A DNA stretch of 64,000 nucleotides from a virus: positions 32,001 through 96,000 of the IMG/VR virus record IMGVR_UViG_3300042453_005121; one strand, 5' to 3'. The position numbers and the translations under genes are program-made. Numbering within the stretch: the first letter of the stretch is position 1; every line of letters begins with the position of its first letter. Below the pieces are notes generated by a model, which had not been told where the DNA came from, searched no databases, and saw nothing but the letters and a program-made list of their open reading frames with translations. Positions 45,770-55,324 of this stretch are shown here, one piece after another.

Positions 45770-46119
45770 AATGTTATGTGTATGTCTTCCTTGGTGCGGT
45801 AACAGCTGAATCCCGTATAAATCTCAGCGTCTTCCAAGTCAGGTTCTTCGCTCACCTTGAAAGATTTGTTGGCGACAAGGTGTCTGTCTATCTTATCAAT
45901 AGTCACTTGAGTTCCGAAGTACTCGGAGAGTGAATCTTCGTGGGTTTCCTTGGCGTTTCTGAGGAAGTCCAGAACGGATTTCCTGCCCAGTGCTCTGAGC
46001 ATGGGCGTCATCATACTCATCCTCCACTGGTCGCGGAGGTGTATCAGTTCTGGCATTTTCTTCCATACTTCCTTGTTTTCAAATACCAGTTCTTCGACGT
46101 TTTGAATGTTTATTCTCAT
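45760..46119 (-). CDS. Hypothetical protein
   Basis: Intact ORF heading the minus-strand operon. Confidence 0.65.
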   Translation of the reverse strand: MRINIQNVEELVFENKEVWKKMPELIHLRDQWRMSMMTPMLRALGRKSVLDFLRNAKETHEDSLSEYFGTQVTIDKIDRHLVANKSFKVSEEPDLEDAEIYTGFSCYRTKEDIHITFWR

Positions 46120-46208
46120 GGGTTTTGAATTAGATTAGATCGCATCCAAGTTTTTTAAATGGAAATACTATTGTACTTGAGGCATCAAAAAATCCAAAAG
46201 GAGATCAA

Positions 46209-47297
46209 ATGGCAGATGAGACTTTCAGGCCGCAGAAGAGGCCGGTTTCGCAGGAAGACGTGCAGGACAATGGACAGAATGCTTCGGAGCAACTCGCGAG
46301 CATGGCGGCGTTCCGCCAGAGGGCCGCGGAAGAGGGCGGCGAAGAATTCGCGAATCCCGAGGGTGAATCCGGGGTCAAGATAACGGGTAAGGTTCCGGAG
46401 GGGTTCAAGAAAGCTCTCGCCCAGAACAAGATGCAAAAAAACAACCAAACCAGACCTGCCGAAATGCGGGTGACCGGGAGCAGCAAGTTAGAAGAGCTGA
46501 TCGCCGGTATCGGCGCCAAGGGCAGCATGGTGTACGAAAGGGTGGAATTGCCTTCCAAGGGAAAGTTTTACAACGGCGAGGACGGACCGTCGGACGGAAT
46601 CGTGCACCTGCGTCCCATGACGGGAGAGGAAGAGGAGATTCTCGCCACTCCTAGGTTCGTGCGCAAGGGACAAGCCATCAATATGATCTTCAACAGATGT
46701 ATGAAGGAGAACTTTGACAGTTCTAACTTCCTGACACAGGACAGGACCTACATGCTGATTTATCTGCGTGGTATTTCCTACACGCCCGATTACGACGTTG
46801 AGGTCAGGGACCCAGAGAGCGATCAGACGTTCGCCACGACGATAAACCTCAATGATCTTTATGTGGATTATTGCGGATCGGATTTCGGAGCGGATAATCT
46901 GACGGACGTTCTGCCCACGACCGGATATAATTTCCGGTACAGGTTGGCGGTCGGAAGGGACGAACAGGATATTCAGGAGTATCGTGAGCGTAGGGCGAAG
47001 AACTTTGACCTGAGCGGTCAGGCTGACGACACGCTACTCTACAGAACGGCACACCTCATAGAGGAAATAGAGGGTCTGGGCGACAAGACTGAAATACAGA
47101 CATTGCTCAAGAAACTCCCGATCCAGGACGTGGCATACCTAAGGACCGTGGTGAATGAGCCTCCGTTCGGGGTGGACACGAAGATCAGCATCACCAACCC
47201 ATACACGCTCAGGGACTTTGAGATTGAGCTTCCGTTGGAGTCAAATTTTTTCTTCCCACGGGCAAAAAGGAAGAAGACGTCGAAAACTCAAGCCTAG
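46209..47297 (+). CDS. Baseplate hub / tail assembly chaperone (T4 gp26-like)
   Basis: VELPSKGKFY, LRPMTGEEEEIL, DR.YMLIYLR.ISY, C-terminal NFFFP. Confidence 0.75.
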   Translation: MADETFRPQKRPVSQEDVQDNGQNASEQLASMAAFRQRAAEEGGEEFANPEGESGVKITGKVPEGFKKALAQNKMQKNNQTRPAEMRVTGSSKLEELIAGIGAKGSMVYERVELPSKGKFYNGEDGPSDGIVHLRPMTGEEEEILATPRFVRKGQAINMIFNRCMKENFDSSNFLTQDRTYMLIYLRGISYTPDYDVEVRDPESDQTFATTINLNDLYVDYCGSDFGADNLTDVLPTTGYNFRYRLAVGRDEQDIQEYRERRAKNFDLSGQADDTLLYRTAHLIEEIEGLGDKTEIQTLLKKLPIQDVAYLRTVVNEPPFGVDTKISITNPYTLRDFEIELPLESNFFFPRAKRKKTSKTQA

Positions 47298-47299
47298 AG

Positions 47300-47482
47300 T
47301 TGTGGAAGAATCTCATGGAGGAGATGTTCTTCTTCATGTACCACCTCAGGCAGAACAGAGAGTCGTTCCTTGCTTTGCCCATAAATGAGAGAAAATGGAT
47401 CATCAGCAGGTTCATAGAACAGAAGGACAAAGAGAATAAGGCAATGGAGGATGCCAGGAGAAAGGCGAAGAGTAAGAAGTAA
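47300..47482 (+). CDS. Small baseplate/tail chaperone domain, possibly expressed by -1 frameshift
   Basis: EMFFFMYH...FLALPINERKWII; the -1 frame is open from 47228. Confidence 0.65.
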   Translation: MWKNLMEEMFFFMYHLRQNRESFLALPINERKWIISRFIEQKDKENKAMEDARRKAKSKK

Positions 47483-47484
47483 CC

Positions 47485-48234
47485 ATGTCGCAGAAAGAAA
47501 GAAACCAGAATCCTGTCGTCGGGGACGTGCTCAACCTGCGTTTGTTCACCTACAACGCCAACCAAAGGCAGGCGGTGGACGACGTGGAAAAGGTAGAGAT
47601 ATACAGGCTGGACCCTACGTGTGTCACGGAGGACAATAAGGAGGGAAGGAGCCTTGTGGCCACCGTGGATGGTGGCGATGTTGAAATTGTCTCGGACCCT
47701 TTCGGAGGCCACTACAAGGTGTCCGTGGAACTGGAGTCGGAGTCCTACACCATAGGCAAGTATGTTGATGTCTGGAGTGTGAGGTTCAGTGCAAATCAAT
47801 CAGGCTCAATAACAAACGGATTTCGCATTCTTCCTGAGTTGTGGTATGCGGACTCCATGCCCGTGGTCTATGACTTCAGTTTTGGATTCAGGCCTAACAG
47901 GGTGAGGAAAGGGGAGCGGAGATGGCTCACAATTGACGTGATCCCGAACGTGCCCGGAGCGTCCGACATGGAGAGGTACTACTCCAACCTTGCTCTCGCG
48001 AGTCCGGTGAAGATATTTGTTGAGAAACTCTGTGGGGACTGCGTACCCAAGGAGAAAGACCTCCGAATGGTTGTGGAAGGAGGGGATGTGGAGCATCGGC
48101 ATGACTCCGAGGGCTATTTCTTTCTGGACACAGGGGAACTCGAGATGGATTGTGGAATTTATAATGTGTGGTTTGAGTTGGAGTTCGGAGAAAACAAGTT
48201 TATCTCCGACAACCTCCAGTTGCAGGTCTTCTGA
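47485..48234 (+). CDS. Probable virion structural protein
   Basis: Beta-rich, G.Y.D.W and G.YNVWF repeats. Confidence 0.6.
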   Translation: MSQKERNQNPVVGDVLNLRLFTYNANQRQAVDDVEKVEIYRLDPTCVTEDNKEGRSLVATVDGGDVEIVSDPFGGHYKVSVELESESYTIGKYVDVWSVRFSANQSGSITNGFRILPELWYADSMPVVYDFSFGFRPNRVRKGERRWLTIDVIPNVPGASDMERYYSNLALASPVKIFVEKLCGDCVPKEKDLRMVVEGGDVEHRHDSEGYFFLDTGELEMDCGIYNVWFELEFGENKFISDNLQLQVF

Positions 48235-48361
48235 ATACCTTTCTTCAGCAAATTTCCCATATTGCCCTCCGTGCATGCGGACGAATTCTCTCTGAGTCCA
48301 AGAGCGATACGCCAAAAATAGCGGAAAAAACCGAGTTTGCTAAAAATTTGCTTCGGTGCGG

Positions 48362-48389
48362 TTGACATTACGCACGGGCGACGTACAAC
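48362..48389 (+). promoter_or_regulatory. Sigma70-type promoter
   Basis: TTGACA-16 nt-TACAAC; AAGGAG SD downstream. Confidence 0.45.
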
Positions 48390-48431
48390 CTTTTAGTAGA
48401 CCGAGTTCGCCTGTTCGCAAGGAGAAGCAAA

Positions 48432-49445
48432 ATGAATACGTCGGTGGACCTGAAGTCCCAGCGTCAGTCAATCCTCTCGCAACTTGAGGAGATGGGCTTT
48501 TCTTCGGAAGACATAACCGGAAAGCGGCACTTCATCCCAAAGCCTGCGGAGGTTGCGAGCGAGAGGAAGGCCGTTGAAGACAACGAGTCCAGTGCCCTGC
48601 AGAACCAACGGCTTTATGTCGCCCAAGCGAGAAAGAGCGGCAAGCCTTGGTTCCACCATCCGAAGCAAAAGCACCAGTACAGCGAATTTGTTCTGGTCAC
48701 GCCCGAAATGGCCAAAAGCCTTTTGGAGCACAACCGCAATCCACGGAAAAAGATCATGCAGGCCGTGGTTGATCGTTATCGCTCCGACATGGCTGCCGGA
48801 GAATGGAATGACAACAGTTCTGCGGTTGCCATTGACTACAACGGCCACATGCACAACGGTCAGCACCGCATTTCCGCGATCGTCCAACTTGGAAAGCCTC
48901 AGAGGCTCTGGTTTACCTTCCAGACGCTCGTGAGTGCGAGAGAAGACGAGGATATGGGGGCACCTAGGAAGCCAGCGGTGCAGATTGAGCAGAAACTGCA
49001 CAACAGGATCGGAAACAAGCTTCCGGCCGTATGCAGGTCTGCCATGCGAGGGGTTTCGGGCTCCACAAAGAGGATTTCTTCGGCCCAGTTGGCTGACTTT
49101 GCTGAACTTTACGGAGCCGAGATTGAGTGGCTTGAGCGGACTTGTCCGACGTACCGGAGCGACATTCTTGGGGCATTCCTCAAGTCCGTGCTCTGGTACG
49201 GGGCAGATAGGATGGAGCCGTTCCTGAAGCGTTTCGGCGATGTTTTGTTTGATAGCAAAGAGGACCCGGCTAGGCTCCTCCACGCAGTCGCGAAAGGAAG
49301 CGGCGGCAAGACGCGGATGAACCTCTACAAAAAGGCCCTCGCCGCGATTCATTACAACATAACGGGCAAGCGGGTCTCAAAGCTCGTTGAACGAGAGGTT
49401 GATATTTTTGAATGGGAGACCGGTTGGAAGGTTCCCTCACGCTGA
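48432..49445 (+). CDS. ParB/Srx-like (DGQHR-type) domain protein
   Basis: VTPEMA..LL..N...R, Y..DM..G.W, NGQHR..AI. Confidence 0.7.
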   Translation: MNTSVDLKSQRQSILSQLEEMGFSSEDITGKRHFIPKPAEVASERKAVEDNESSALQNQRLYVAQARKSGKPWFHHPKQKHQYSEFVLVTPEMAKSLLEHNRNPRKKIMQAVVDRYRSDMAAGEWNDNSSAVAIDYNGHMHNGQHRISAIVQLGKPQRLWFTFQTLVSAREDEDMGAPRKPAVQIEQKLHNRIGNKLPAVCRSAMRGVSGSTKRISSAQLADFAELYGAEIEWLERTCPTYRSDILGAFLKSVLWYGADRMEPFLKRFGDVLFDSKEDPARLLHAVAKGSGGKTRMNLYKKALAAIHYNITGKRVSKLVEREVDIFEWETGWKVPSR

Positions 49446-49458
49446 ACTGGAGGACAAG

Positions 49459-51222
49459 ATGTCAGAAGCCCAAGAATTCCGGATATCCTTTGAAAACTTG
49501 TTCAGGCGGGCCGAAAAGAAAATAGCCGGACCCACCGTAGATCTCCTCCGGGTGATCCTGAAAAACGCCTGCCTGGACGAGGGCGAATGGGTGCTCAAAG
49601 ACTCCCGCAGGATCAAAAAGAAGGGTCGGGGAAAGTTCCATGCCATAAGGGTGGAATCTAGGTCTGGGGCTAAATCCGTCAGGGTGTGGTGCAAGCCCAG
49701 GGGCAACGATTCCTGTTTTGAATATTCGTTAGTTCCTCCTCATGAAATATCTGCCGAGGAGGTTTTCAAGATACTCGAAAGAGCCAATCCGGTTTCCTTG
49801 GAGGTTCCGGAGTCGCCCGCATTGCCCGGTGCTTTCCTGAGTCACGTCATTGACGTGCCGCCACACATCAACCCCCCGGAAAAAGTCAAGGTTTTTGAAG
49901 TCTCAGAAAACAGTTTCCAAGATGTTTCTGGGGAGGTTCCCATGGGCGAATCTCAAACTAAAGGAGCCGGGCACAATGTTATCCCCGGCATCGTGATGGC
50001 GATTGATTCGGACGAGGTTTTTGTCGCTTTGCCCAACGGCAACGCCGGCATTATAAAAAAGAGCGATTACGATCTCAAACAGCACATTACAAGGCACGAT
50101 CTGGCAGAAGAAGGCAGGGCGATTAGGGTCAGCATAAGTGGCTCGACCGCCAAAACCGGCCAGCCATTCAGGCTGGAGCTTGACGCCCGATACCTTGAGG
50201 ACGGACAATCTTCCGGCTGGACGGTTTCTGACCAGCAGATATTGGGGGAAATATGCGAGGAGTTCAATACGCCCGCAGAGAGAATCCAGGCGTGGAAAGA
50301 AAGGGCAGGGGGTGTTCCGAGGGGGGAGACGGCAGAAAGGCCGCCAGAGGCCCTCACAGAGGCCCCAGAGGGCTCATTTGCCTTCTCCATGGTTCTGGAC
50401 GAGCCTTGTTTGTTGTCAGATCAGGAGGTTATGGACAAGGCCTTAGTCGCCATGAGTTCGGCGGTCGATGAAAGCGGATACATCAAGAAGAACGACGCCT
50501 CCAATTCCATCATAGAAAAACTCGGGATCAGGAATTTTGTAGAGAACGTCAGTGGCGGCACCTACACTTCGGTGGAGGGTGCAATGAGGGCACTCACGAT
50601 GGCTCTTACAAACCGGGGACACTACATCCAAAGGATTCACTATCCTTCCGGCTTCAACGTCAGAGGCTATAAATTGACAGCCAAGGCCGAGAGGAGAATA
50701 AAGGCCCTCAAGGAAAAGTACATGGCAGAGGAGGGGCGGCCTACAACCAAGCTGGGGTCGGTCGGGACCACGGAGTTGCAGGACGCCGAAAACAAACCAA
50801 ATGCCAGCTCGGACGAGCTTCATTCGGAAGGCATGACTGCCCCAGAAATCAAAGCGGAACTTGAGCGATTTGATTCGAATGCTCTGGACCGTCTCCAATC
50901 GCTCATATCCGAGTGCAAGGAGGCCGAAAATCACATCAAGGAGGTTGACTCCGTAATCGCAAATCTTGAGTCCGAGATATCGGACCTCAAGATAGATTTA
51001 GAGGCCCTTGATCTGGCCGAGAAGGAAAGAGTAAGGCAGATGGAGGAATTGACTCGCGATATTGGGCGGATCAGATCCAAGAAGGAGCCGATCATCAAAT
51101 CCATAGAACAGAAGGTCCGCGATAGGGAAGAATGGGAAAGGGAGAAGGCCCCGGTCTTGTCCAAAAAATCAAAAGTTGAGATAGAAATTTTCGGCGTCAC
51201 TGGGCACAGGCGGGCGAACTGA
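49459..51222 (+). CDS. Multidomain protein with an S1-like OB fold and C-terminal coiled coil
   Basis: VIPGIVMAIDSDEVFVAL..GNAGII; heptad-rich C-terminus; GGAGG SD. Confidence 0.6.
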   Translation: MSEAQEFRISFENLFRRAEKKIAGPTVDLLRVILKNACLDEGEWVLKDSRRIKKKGRGKFHAIRVESRSGAKSVRVWCKPRGNDSCFEYSLVPPHEISAEEVFKILERANPVSLEVPESPALPGAFLSHVIDVPPHINPPEKVKVFEVSENSFQDVSGEVPMGESQTKGAGHNVIPGIVMAIDSDEVFVALPNGNAGIIKKSDYDLKQHITRHDLAEEGRAIRVSISGSTAKTGQPFRLELDARYLEDGQSSGWTVSDQQILGEICEEFNTPAERIQAWKERAGGVPRGETAERPPEALTEAPEGSFAFSMVLDEPCLLSDQEVMDKALVAMSSAVDESGYIKKNDASNSIIEKLGIRNFVENVSGGTYTSVEGAMRALTMALTNRGHYIQRIHYPSGFNVRGYKLTAKAERRIKALKEKYMAEEGRPTTKLGSVGTTELQDAENKPNASSDELHSEGMTAPEIKAELERFDSNALDRLQSLISECKEAENHIKEVDSVIANLESEISDLKIDLEALDLAEKERVRQMEELTRDIGRIRSKKEPIIKSIEQKVRDREEWEREKAPVLSKKSKVEIEIFGVTGHRRAN

Positions 51223-51763
51223 AGAAGAAATCGTCCTCAAACTTCATAAGGTCGTCATAAAGGACGACCTTCCAGTCCCTGTATTTCATCTGGTAGGCGA
51301 ACGAATCCACGAGGTCCGACTCCCTCAGAAAGGCGAGTCTGGGCTTGCGATCCTTTTTCCAGAGCAGCATTGGTTTTCTCTGGCACCTGGTCGAGTCATC
51401 GGTGACCTGCCGGAGAAACTCATCCAACTCTGCGTGGCCTCCCTCAAAGGCCGATACTAGGTCAATGTCGTTATATCCACCTTTGCTCTCTAAAACAAAA
51501 TTGAAGTTGTCGGGACAAACTATATCACCAGAATAGATGTTTTTGGCGGTATGCGACAGGTGCACGTTCTGTGCTCCCCAGCGGTTTCCGCTGCCCACCG
51601 ATCGCGAAAATTTTCCCCACGTCGGGTTGGAAGAAAGGATGCTGGCGAATCGCAGATTCAGGTTTTTTACAAGTTCAAGTTCTACTCTTTTGCCCTTGAT
51701 TCCTGATTTTATCTTTTTCGGCTTCTTTTGAAATATATCATCCACATCAAGTTCTTCATCCAT
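51197..51763 (-). CDS. Holliday junction resolvase-like PD-(D/E)xK nuclease
   Basis: KGKRVELEL, RSVGSG, GDIV, FVLESK; TATATA-N5-ATG. Confidence 0.75.
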   Translation of the reverse strand: MDEELDVDDIFQKKPKKIKSGIKGKRVELELVKNLNLRFASILSSNPTWGKFSRSVGSGNRWGAQNVHLSHTAKNIYSGDIVCPDNFNFVLESKGGYNDIDLVSAFEGGHAELDEFLRQVTDDSTRCQRKPMLLWKKDRKPRLAFLRESDLVDSFAYQMKYRDWKVVLYDDLMKFEDDFFFSSPACAQ

Positions 51764-51768
51764 CAAAA

Positions 51769-51774
51769 TATATA
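51769..51774. promoter_or_regulatory. Bidirectional late promoter
   Basis: CAT-N5-TATATA-N6-ATG between divergent genes. Confidence 0.65.
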
Positions 51775-51780
51775 GGAATA

Positions 51781-52062
51781 ATGAAATCAATAATCCTGAT
51801 GACTACATTTTTGATGATTTTCCTTGTGTGGGAATCCAAGCAACCCGTGGCGGTCAAAAAGAACGAACCAGACCTGAGGACGAGGGTCAAAGAGATAGAG
51901 TTTCAAAAGGCGGAAGAGATATATCTCTACCACCGTAGCAGATGCGAACAACTCAGAGAGGTCCACCAGCCAAATCACAAAGACATGATGGAAGCCGAGT
52001 TGAAATTGAAACTCAGCCGTCTTGATCTGGAGCTTGCCTCAATAAACAAAGAGTTGGACTGA
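51781..52062 (+). CDS. Hypothetical protein with N-terminal TM/signal
   Basis: MKSIILMTTFLMIFLVW. Confidence 0.6.
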   Translation: MKSIILMTTFLMIFLVWESKQPVAVKKNEPDLRTRVKEIEFQKAEEIYLYHRSRCEQLREVHQPNHKDMMEAELKLKLSRLDLELASINKELD

Positions 52063-52088
52063 GGCCCGAAGCGTCCATGCCCCGAACC

Positions 52089-52457
52089 TCAATTTTCGTC
52101 TTCAGGCTCTTCTTCAGAAGGCCCTATGTCATTGACCGGGGCCTCGCCAGAAATAGATTCCATTTGCTGCTGGACGGCTTTCAGGACGTCCTTCAATTCG
52201 CCTTTCTCTTCTATGGCCTTCATTATTGCAACTCCACATTTCTGAAGGACGGTCAAGTTTGACCGTTCGCTGTCAGGCCAATGAGTGTGGATCGTGCGCC
52301 TGATCTGGTTGACTATGGTCTCGGCATTGCTTACCAGATGACGAGGACCCATATCCTCGGCATTGTCATTGAGGTCTTGGAGGGCACTCAGTATGTCTGA
52401 GACCCTCTGGGCAAAGAATGCTTTGCTTTCGTCAAGTATGAATTCCTTGAATTGCAT
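52089..52457 (-). CDS. Tagged hypothetical protein
   Basis: MQFKEFILDES; TAGATA-N5-ATG. Confidence 0.7.
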   Translation of the reverse strand: MQFKEFILDESKAFFAQRVSDILSALQDLNDNAEDMGPRHLVSNAETIVNQIRRTIHTHWPDSERSNLTVLQKCGVAIMKAIEEKGELKDVLKAVQQQMESISGEAPVNDIGPSEEEPEDEN

Positions 52458-52474
52458 GCGCTTATCTAGGGCCT

Positions 52475-52825
52475 TCAGGCGATATTCCATGACGCTCCGG
52501 GTCTTTTATTGATTTTTTTGGAAGGACGAACCCCTTTGCATGCTTTCTCTACGGCGGCCACAGACAGTTTTGCCTGCCTGAGTGTCTCGGAAGCCCCCGA
52601 ATCGTACAATTCTTTGGGTGTATGAATATTTTGTGGCGAATATTCAACTTCCAAGTCTTCCTTGACACTTCCGTCCTTGCCGTAAATCTGATTGCTCGTC
52701 TTGGGTGCGAAATAGCATGTGAAACACATGATGGGATATGTCCTTCCGTCCACGAACGGAGAATTCTTGTGGGCCGTCGTGTACAAATCCAGTTTCTGAT
52801 GACAGAGAGGACATGTCTTTTTCAT
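52475..52825 (-). CDS. Zinc-finger protein
   Basis: CPLC...CFTC. Confidence 0.6.
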   Translation of the reverse strand: MKKTCPLCHQKLDLYTTAHKNSPFVDGRTYPIMCFTCYFAPKTSNQIYGKDGSVKEDLEVEYSPQNIHTPKELYDSGASETLRQAKLSVAAVEKACKGVRPSKKINKRPGASWNIA

Positions 52826-53205
52826 AGTTTCACTTTTTGGATGTCGCGCGACACAAACCAATCGGGCCCGTAATTAACGGTCAACTGCTGTCCTGGTTCT
52901 ATGTCCTTTATGGCCATTACGGCCATGAGCCTATCGTGGTAATTCATTGAGAACACGCAGTTGTTGTCATCGCTGTGATTGTACAGCATGATCCAACCGA
53001 GCACCACGGCCAACTGGCCTTCCCAAGCCACGACATAGTTCATGAGATTGTGGTCAATTTCACCGGAGGGCATGAAGACCACCGCCGGGGCTATCTCGAC
53101 AAAAGTCTGATTTTTTATTGATTCTTTTGTGAAGACGCAGTGGCCCAAGTCTTCTGTCCACCCCATGAAGAGGCGACTGTCAATGAACGGGGTGTATTCG
53201 TTCAT
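52822..53205 (-). CDS. SET-domain protein-lysine methyltransferase
   Basis: LYNHSDDNNC, AIKDIEPGQQLTVNYG. Confidence 0.85.
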   Translation of the reverse strand: MNEYTPFIDSRLFMGWTEDLGHCVFTKESIKNQTFVEIAPAVVFMPSGEIDHNLMNYVVAWEGQLAVVLGWIMLYNHSDDNNCVFSMNYHDRLMAVMAIKDIEPGQQLTVNYGPDWFVSRDIQKVKL

Positions 53206-53636
53206 CTTCCTGTCGATCCGAATCCGCCTTCGCCGCGTTGAGTTGAAGAGAGTTCGTTCACTTCTACAAAATCAAAGTTGTAGTGTTTTTCAATAATCAT
53301 CTGGGCTATTTTATCACCCTGTCTGATGTTGAACGTCTCTTCCTTGTCGGTGTTGAAAAGTATGACTCTGATCTCGCCTCGGTAGGAGGAATCCACGACT
53401 CCGGCAAGAACGTCAATCCCGTATTTGAGCGCCAGTCCGCTTCTAGGGGCAACGCGACCATAATAGCCCTCCGGTATTTCCATGGAGATGCCGGTGGATA
53501 CCACGACCCTTGACAACGGCGGTATGGACTTTTCTTCTGCGCTCATCAAATCCATTCCTGCGTCGGTTGGATTTGCCCTCGTGAGCGGATTCTTGCAGGC
53601 GGATGGTGTTCTTGTGTAATTGATCTGCATTTTCAA
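53202..53636 (-). CDS. dut: dUTPase (trimeric)
   Basis: AGMDL, PRSGLA, GVVDSSYRGE, RGEGGFGSTG. Confidence 0.95.
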   Translation of the reverse strand: MKMQINYTRTPSACKNPLTRANPTDAGMDLMSAEEKSIPPLSRVVVSTGISMEIPEGYYGRVAPRSGLALKYGIDVLAGVVDSSYRGEIRVILFNTDKEETFNIRQGDKIAQMIIEKHYNFDFVEVNELSSTQRGEGGFGSTGR

Positions 53637-55282
53637 GCCTCACACGAGGAGCAAGTGAGGATTGAACGGGCCAATTCCTGTGCCGGGTTGGCAGACCTCT
53701 GGTAATAGAAGGTCTTAATCCCCATCTCCCAACCCTCTATGAGTAGGCTGTTGACGTCCTTCGGCGACGCAGAGGGAGGGATCGTCAGGTTCAGCGACTG
53801 GGACTGGTCTATATACTTCTGTCTCTGGGCGGCTTGGATGACGATCTCCTTCTGACTAATCTCTCCGAAGGTCTTGAAAACGTCCTTTTCCTCCTTTGAG
53901 AGGAAGTCAAGGTGCTGAACTGATCCTCCCTTAATGAGGATGCTCTTCCACGTATCGTCATCGTTCCTCTCGTGTTTCTTGAGGATTTCTTTGAGATAGG
54001 GATTCTTGTAGGTGAACTTCCCCTTGGCGAGGTTCTTTACGAAGTAGTTGCTGTTGAGCGGTTCAATGCTCGGGCTGACTTGGCCGAGTATGAAGCTGCT
54101 CGAGGTCGTCGGGGCTACAGCGAGGGTCGTTACGTTCCGCCGCCCGTACCCTTTGAGCAATTCGGGCTCGCCGTATTCCTTCGCCATCTCCTCTGTGGTA
54201 TTGTCGGACCTCTCCCTTATCGTCTTCCATATCTCGGAATTGAGAAGCTTCGCCTGCATGCTCTCAAACGCGATCATCTTGCTCTGGAGGTAGGAGTGCC
54301 AGCCGAGGACGCCGAGGCCGAGGGCCCGCTGTTTAATGGCGAAGTTTCTGGCGGCCTCCATGTATTTCACGCCTTCTGTCTTCCTTATGAACTCCTCGCA
54401 CACGGCATCAAGGAATCTCACCATGGTCTCTACGGCATCGGTTTCCTTGATTTCGTCCCAATGTAGGAGATTAAGGCTGGACAAGACACAAACGAATGAA
54501 TTGTTTTCGTCTGAAAAAAGCTGAATCTCGCTGCAGAGGTTTGAGGCCTTTATCTTGAGTTTGTTGTCCTTGTAGACCTTCGGAGCATTCTTGTTGGTCG
54601 TATCAACAAACATGATGTATGGATAGCCGGTTTCAAACCTCTTCTGGATGACTTTGGCCCATATTTTCCTCTTGTCCTTGTCGCCTTCTACGAGTTCCTT
54701 CATGAACTTATCGGTCACAGTCACGCCGATGCTCATATTCTGAATACTGTGTCCTTCGCTCCTGATCTGAAGGAATTCCTCTATGTCCGAGTGCTCTATG
54801 GGCATGTAGGCGGCGAAAGACCCTCTTCTTGCACTGCCCTGACTGATCACCTCGGCGACCTTGTCGAATATCTCCATGAAGTGGACGGCGCCGCTGCTCT
54901 CCCCACCCACGCTGATCTTGGTGCCTCGAGGGCGGAGGTCTCCGAAGAAACCACTCGTGCCTCCCCCCATCTTACTCATGATTCCTACCTCGGCAGACTT
55001 TGTCAGTATGGCCTCCATGTTGTCGGAAATGAAACTTCCGAAGCAACTGACGGGCAGGCCTCGCTTGTTGCCGAAGTTGGTCCAAACCGGCGTTGCTAGG
55101 GAATAGAATCCCCTGCTCATGTAGTTTTCAAACTTGTCGGCAAAACCCTTGATCTTGAGTATCTTCTCGGCGTTTTCTGCTATCTGCCTGATTCTCTGCT
55201 CTGGCGTCGTGTCCGGCTCCAAATAGCCTCTCTCAAGAAAGAGACGGCTGTGGGAGTTTAGCCAGTAATATTCTTTGGTCAT
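53633..55282 (-). CDS. nrdA: Ribonucleotide reductase class I alpha subunit (short, no ATP cone)
   Basis: VSCF, SNLCSEI, APTTSS, KTFYY, C-terminal CSSC. Confidence 0.93.
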   Translation of the reverse strand: MTKEYYWLNSHSRLFLERGYLEPDTTPEQRIRQIAENAEKILKIKGFADKFENYMSRGFYSLATPVWTNFGNKRGLPVSCFGSFISDNMEAILTKSAEVGIMSKMGGGTSGFFGDLRPRGTKISVGGESSGAVHFMEIFDKVAEVISQGSARRGSFAAYMPIEHSDIEEFLQIRSEGHSIQNMSIGVTVTDKFMKELVEGDKDKRKIWAKVIQKRFETGYPYIMFVDTTNKNAPKVYKDNKLKIKASNLCSEIQLFSDENNSFVCVLSSLNLLHWDEIKETDAVETMVRFLDAVCEEFIRKTEGVKYMEAARNFAIKQRALGLGVLGWHSYLQSKMIAFESMQAKLLNSEIWKTIRERSDNTTEEMAKEYGEPELLKGYGRRNVTTLAVAPTTSSSFILGQVSPSIEPLNSNYFVKNLAKGKFTYKNPYLKEILKKHERNDDDTWKSILIKGGSVQHLDFLSKEEKDVFKTFGEISQKEIVIQAAQRQKYIDQSQSLNLTIPPSASPKDVNSLLIEGWEMGIKTFYYQRSANPAQELARSILTCSSCEA

Positions 55283-55324
55283 TTTTGTCTTTCTGGGTTG
55301 GTTTTCTACTAGAGTACAGGCGGA

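Noticed and set aside
36245-47482. Bacterial contractile injection system (eCIS/tailocin) rather than a phage
   Set aside because: Neck proteins, gp55, gp46/47, RNR and the absence of bacterial housekeeping genes indicate a phage genome.
48235-48431. tRNA or structured ncRNA in the intergenic gap
   Set aside because: Only short hairpins; no cloverleaf or T-loop/anticodon arrangement recognised.
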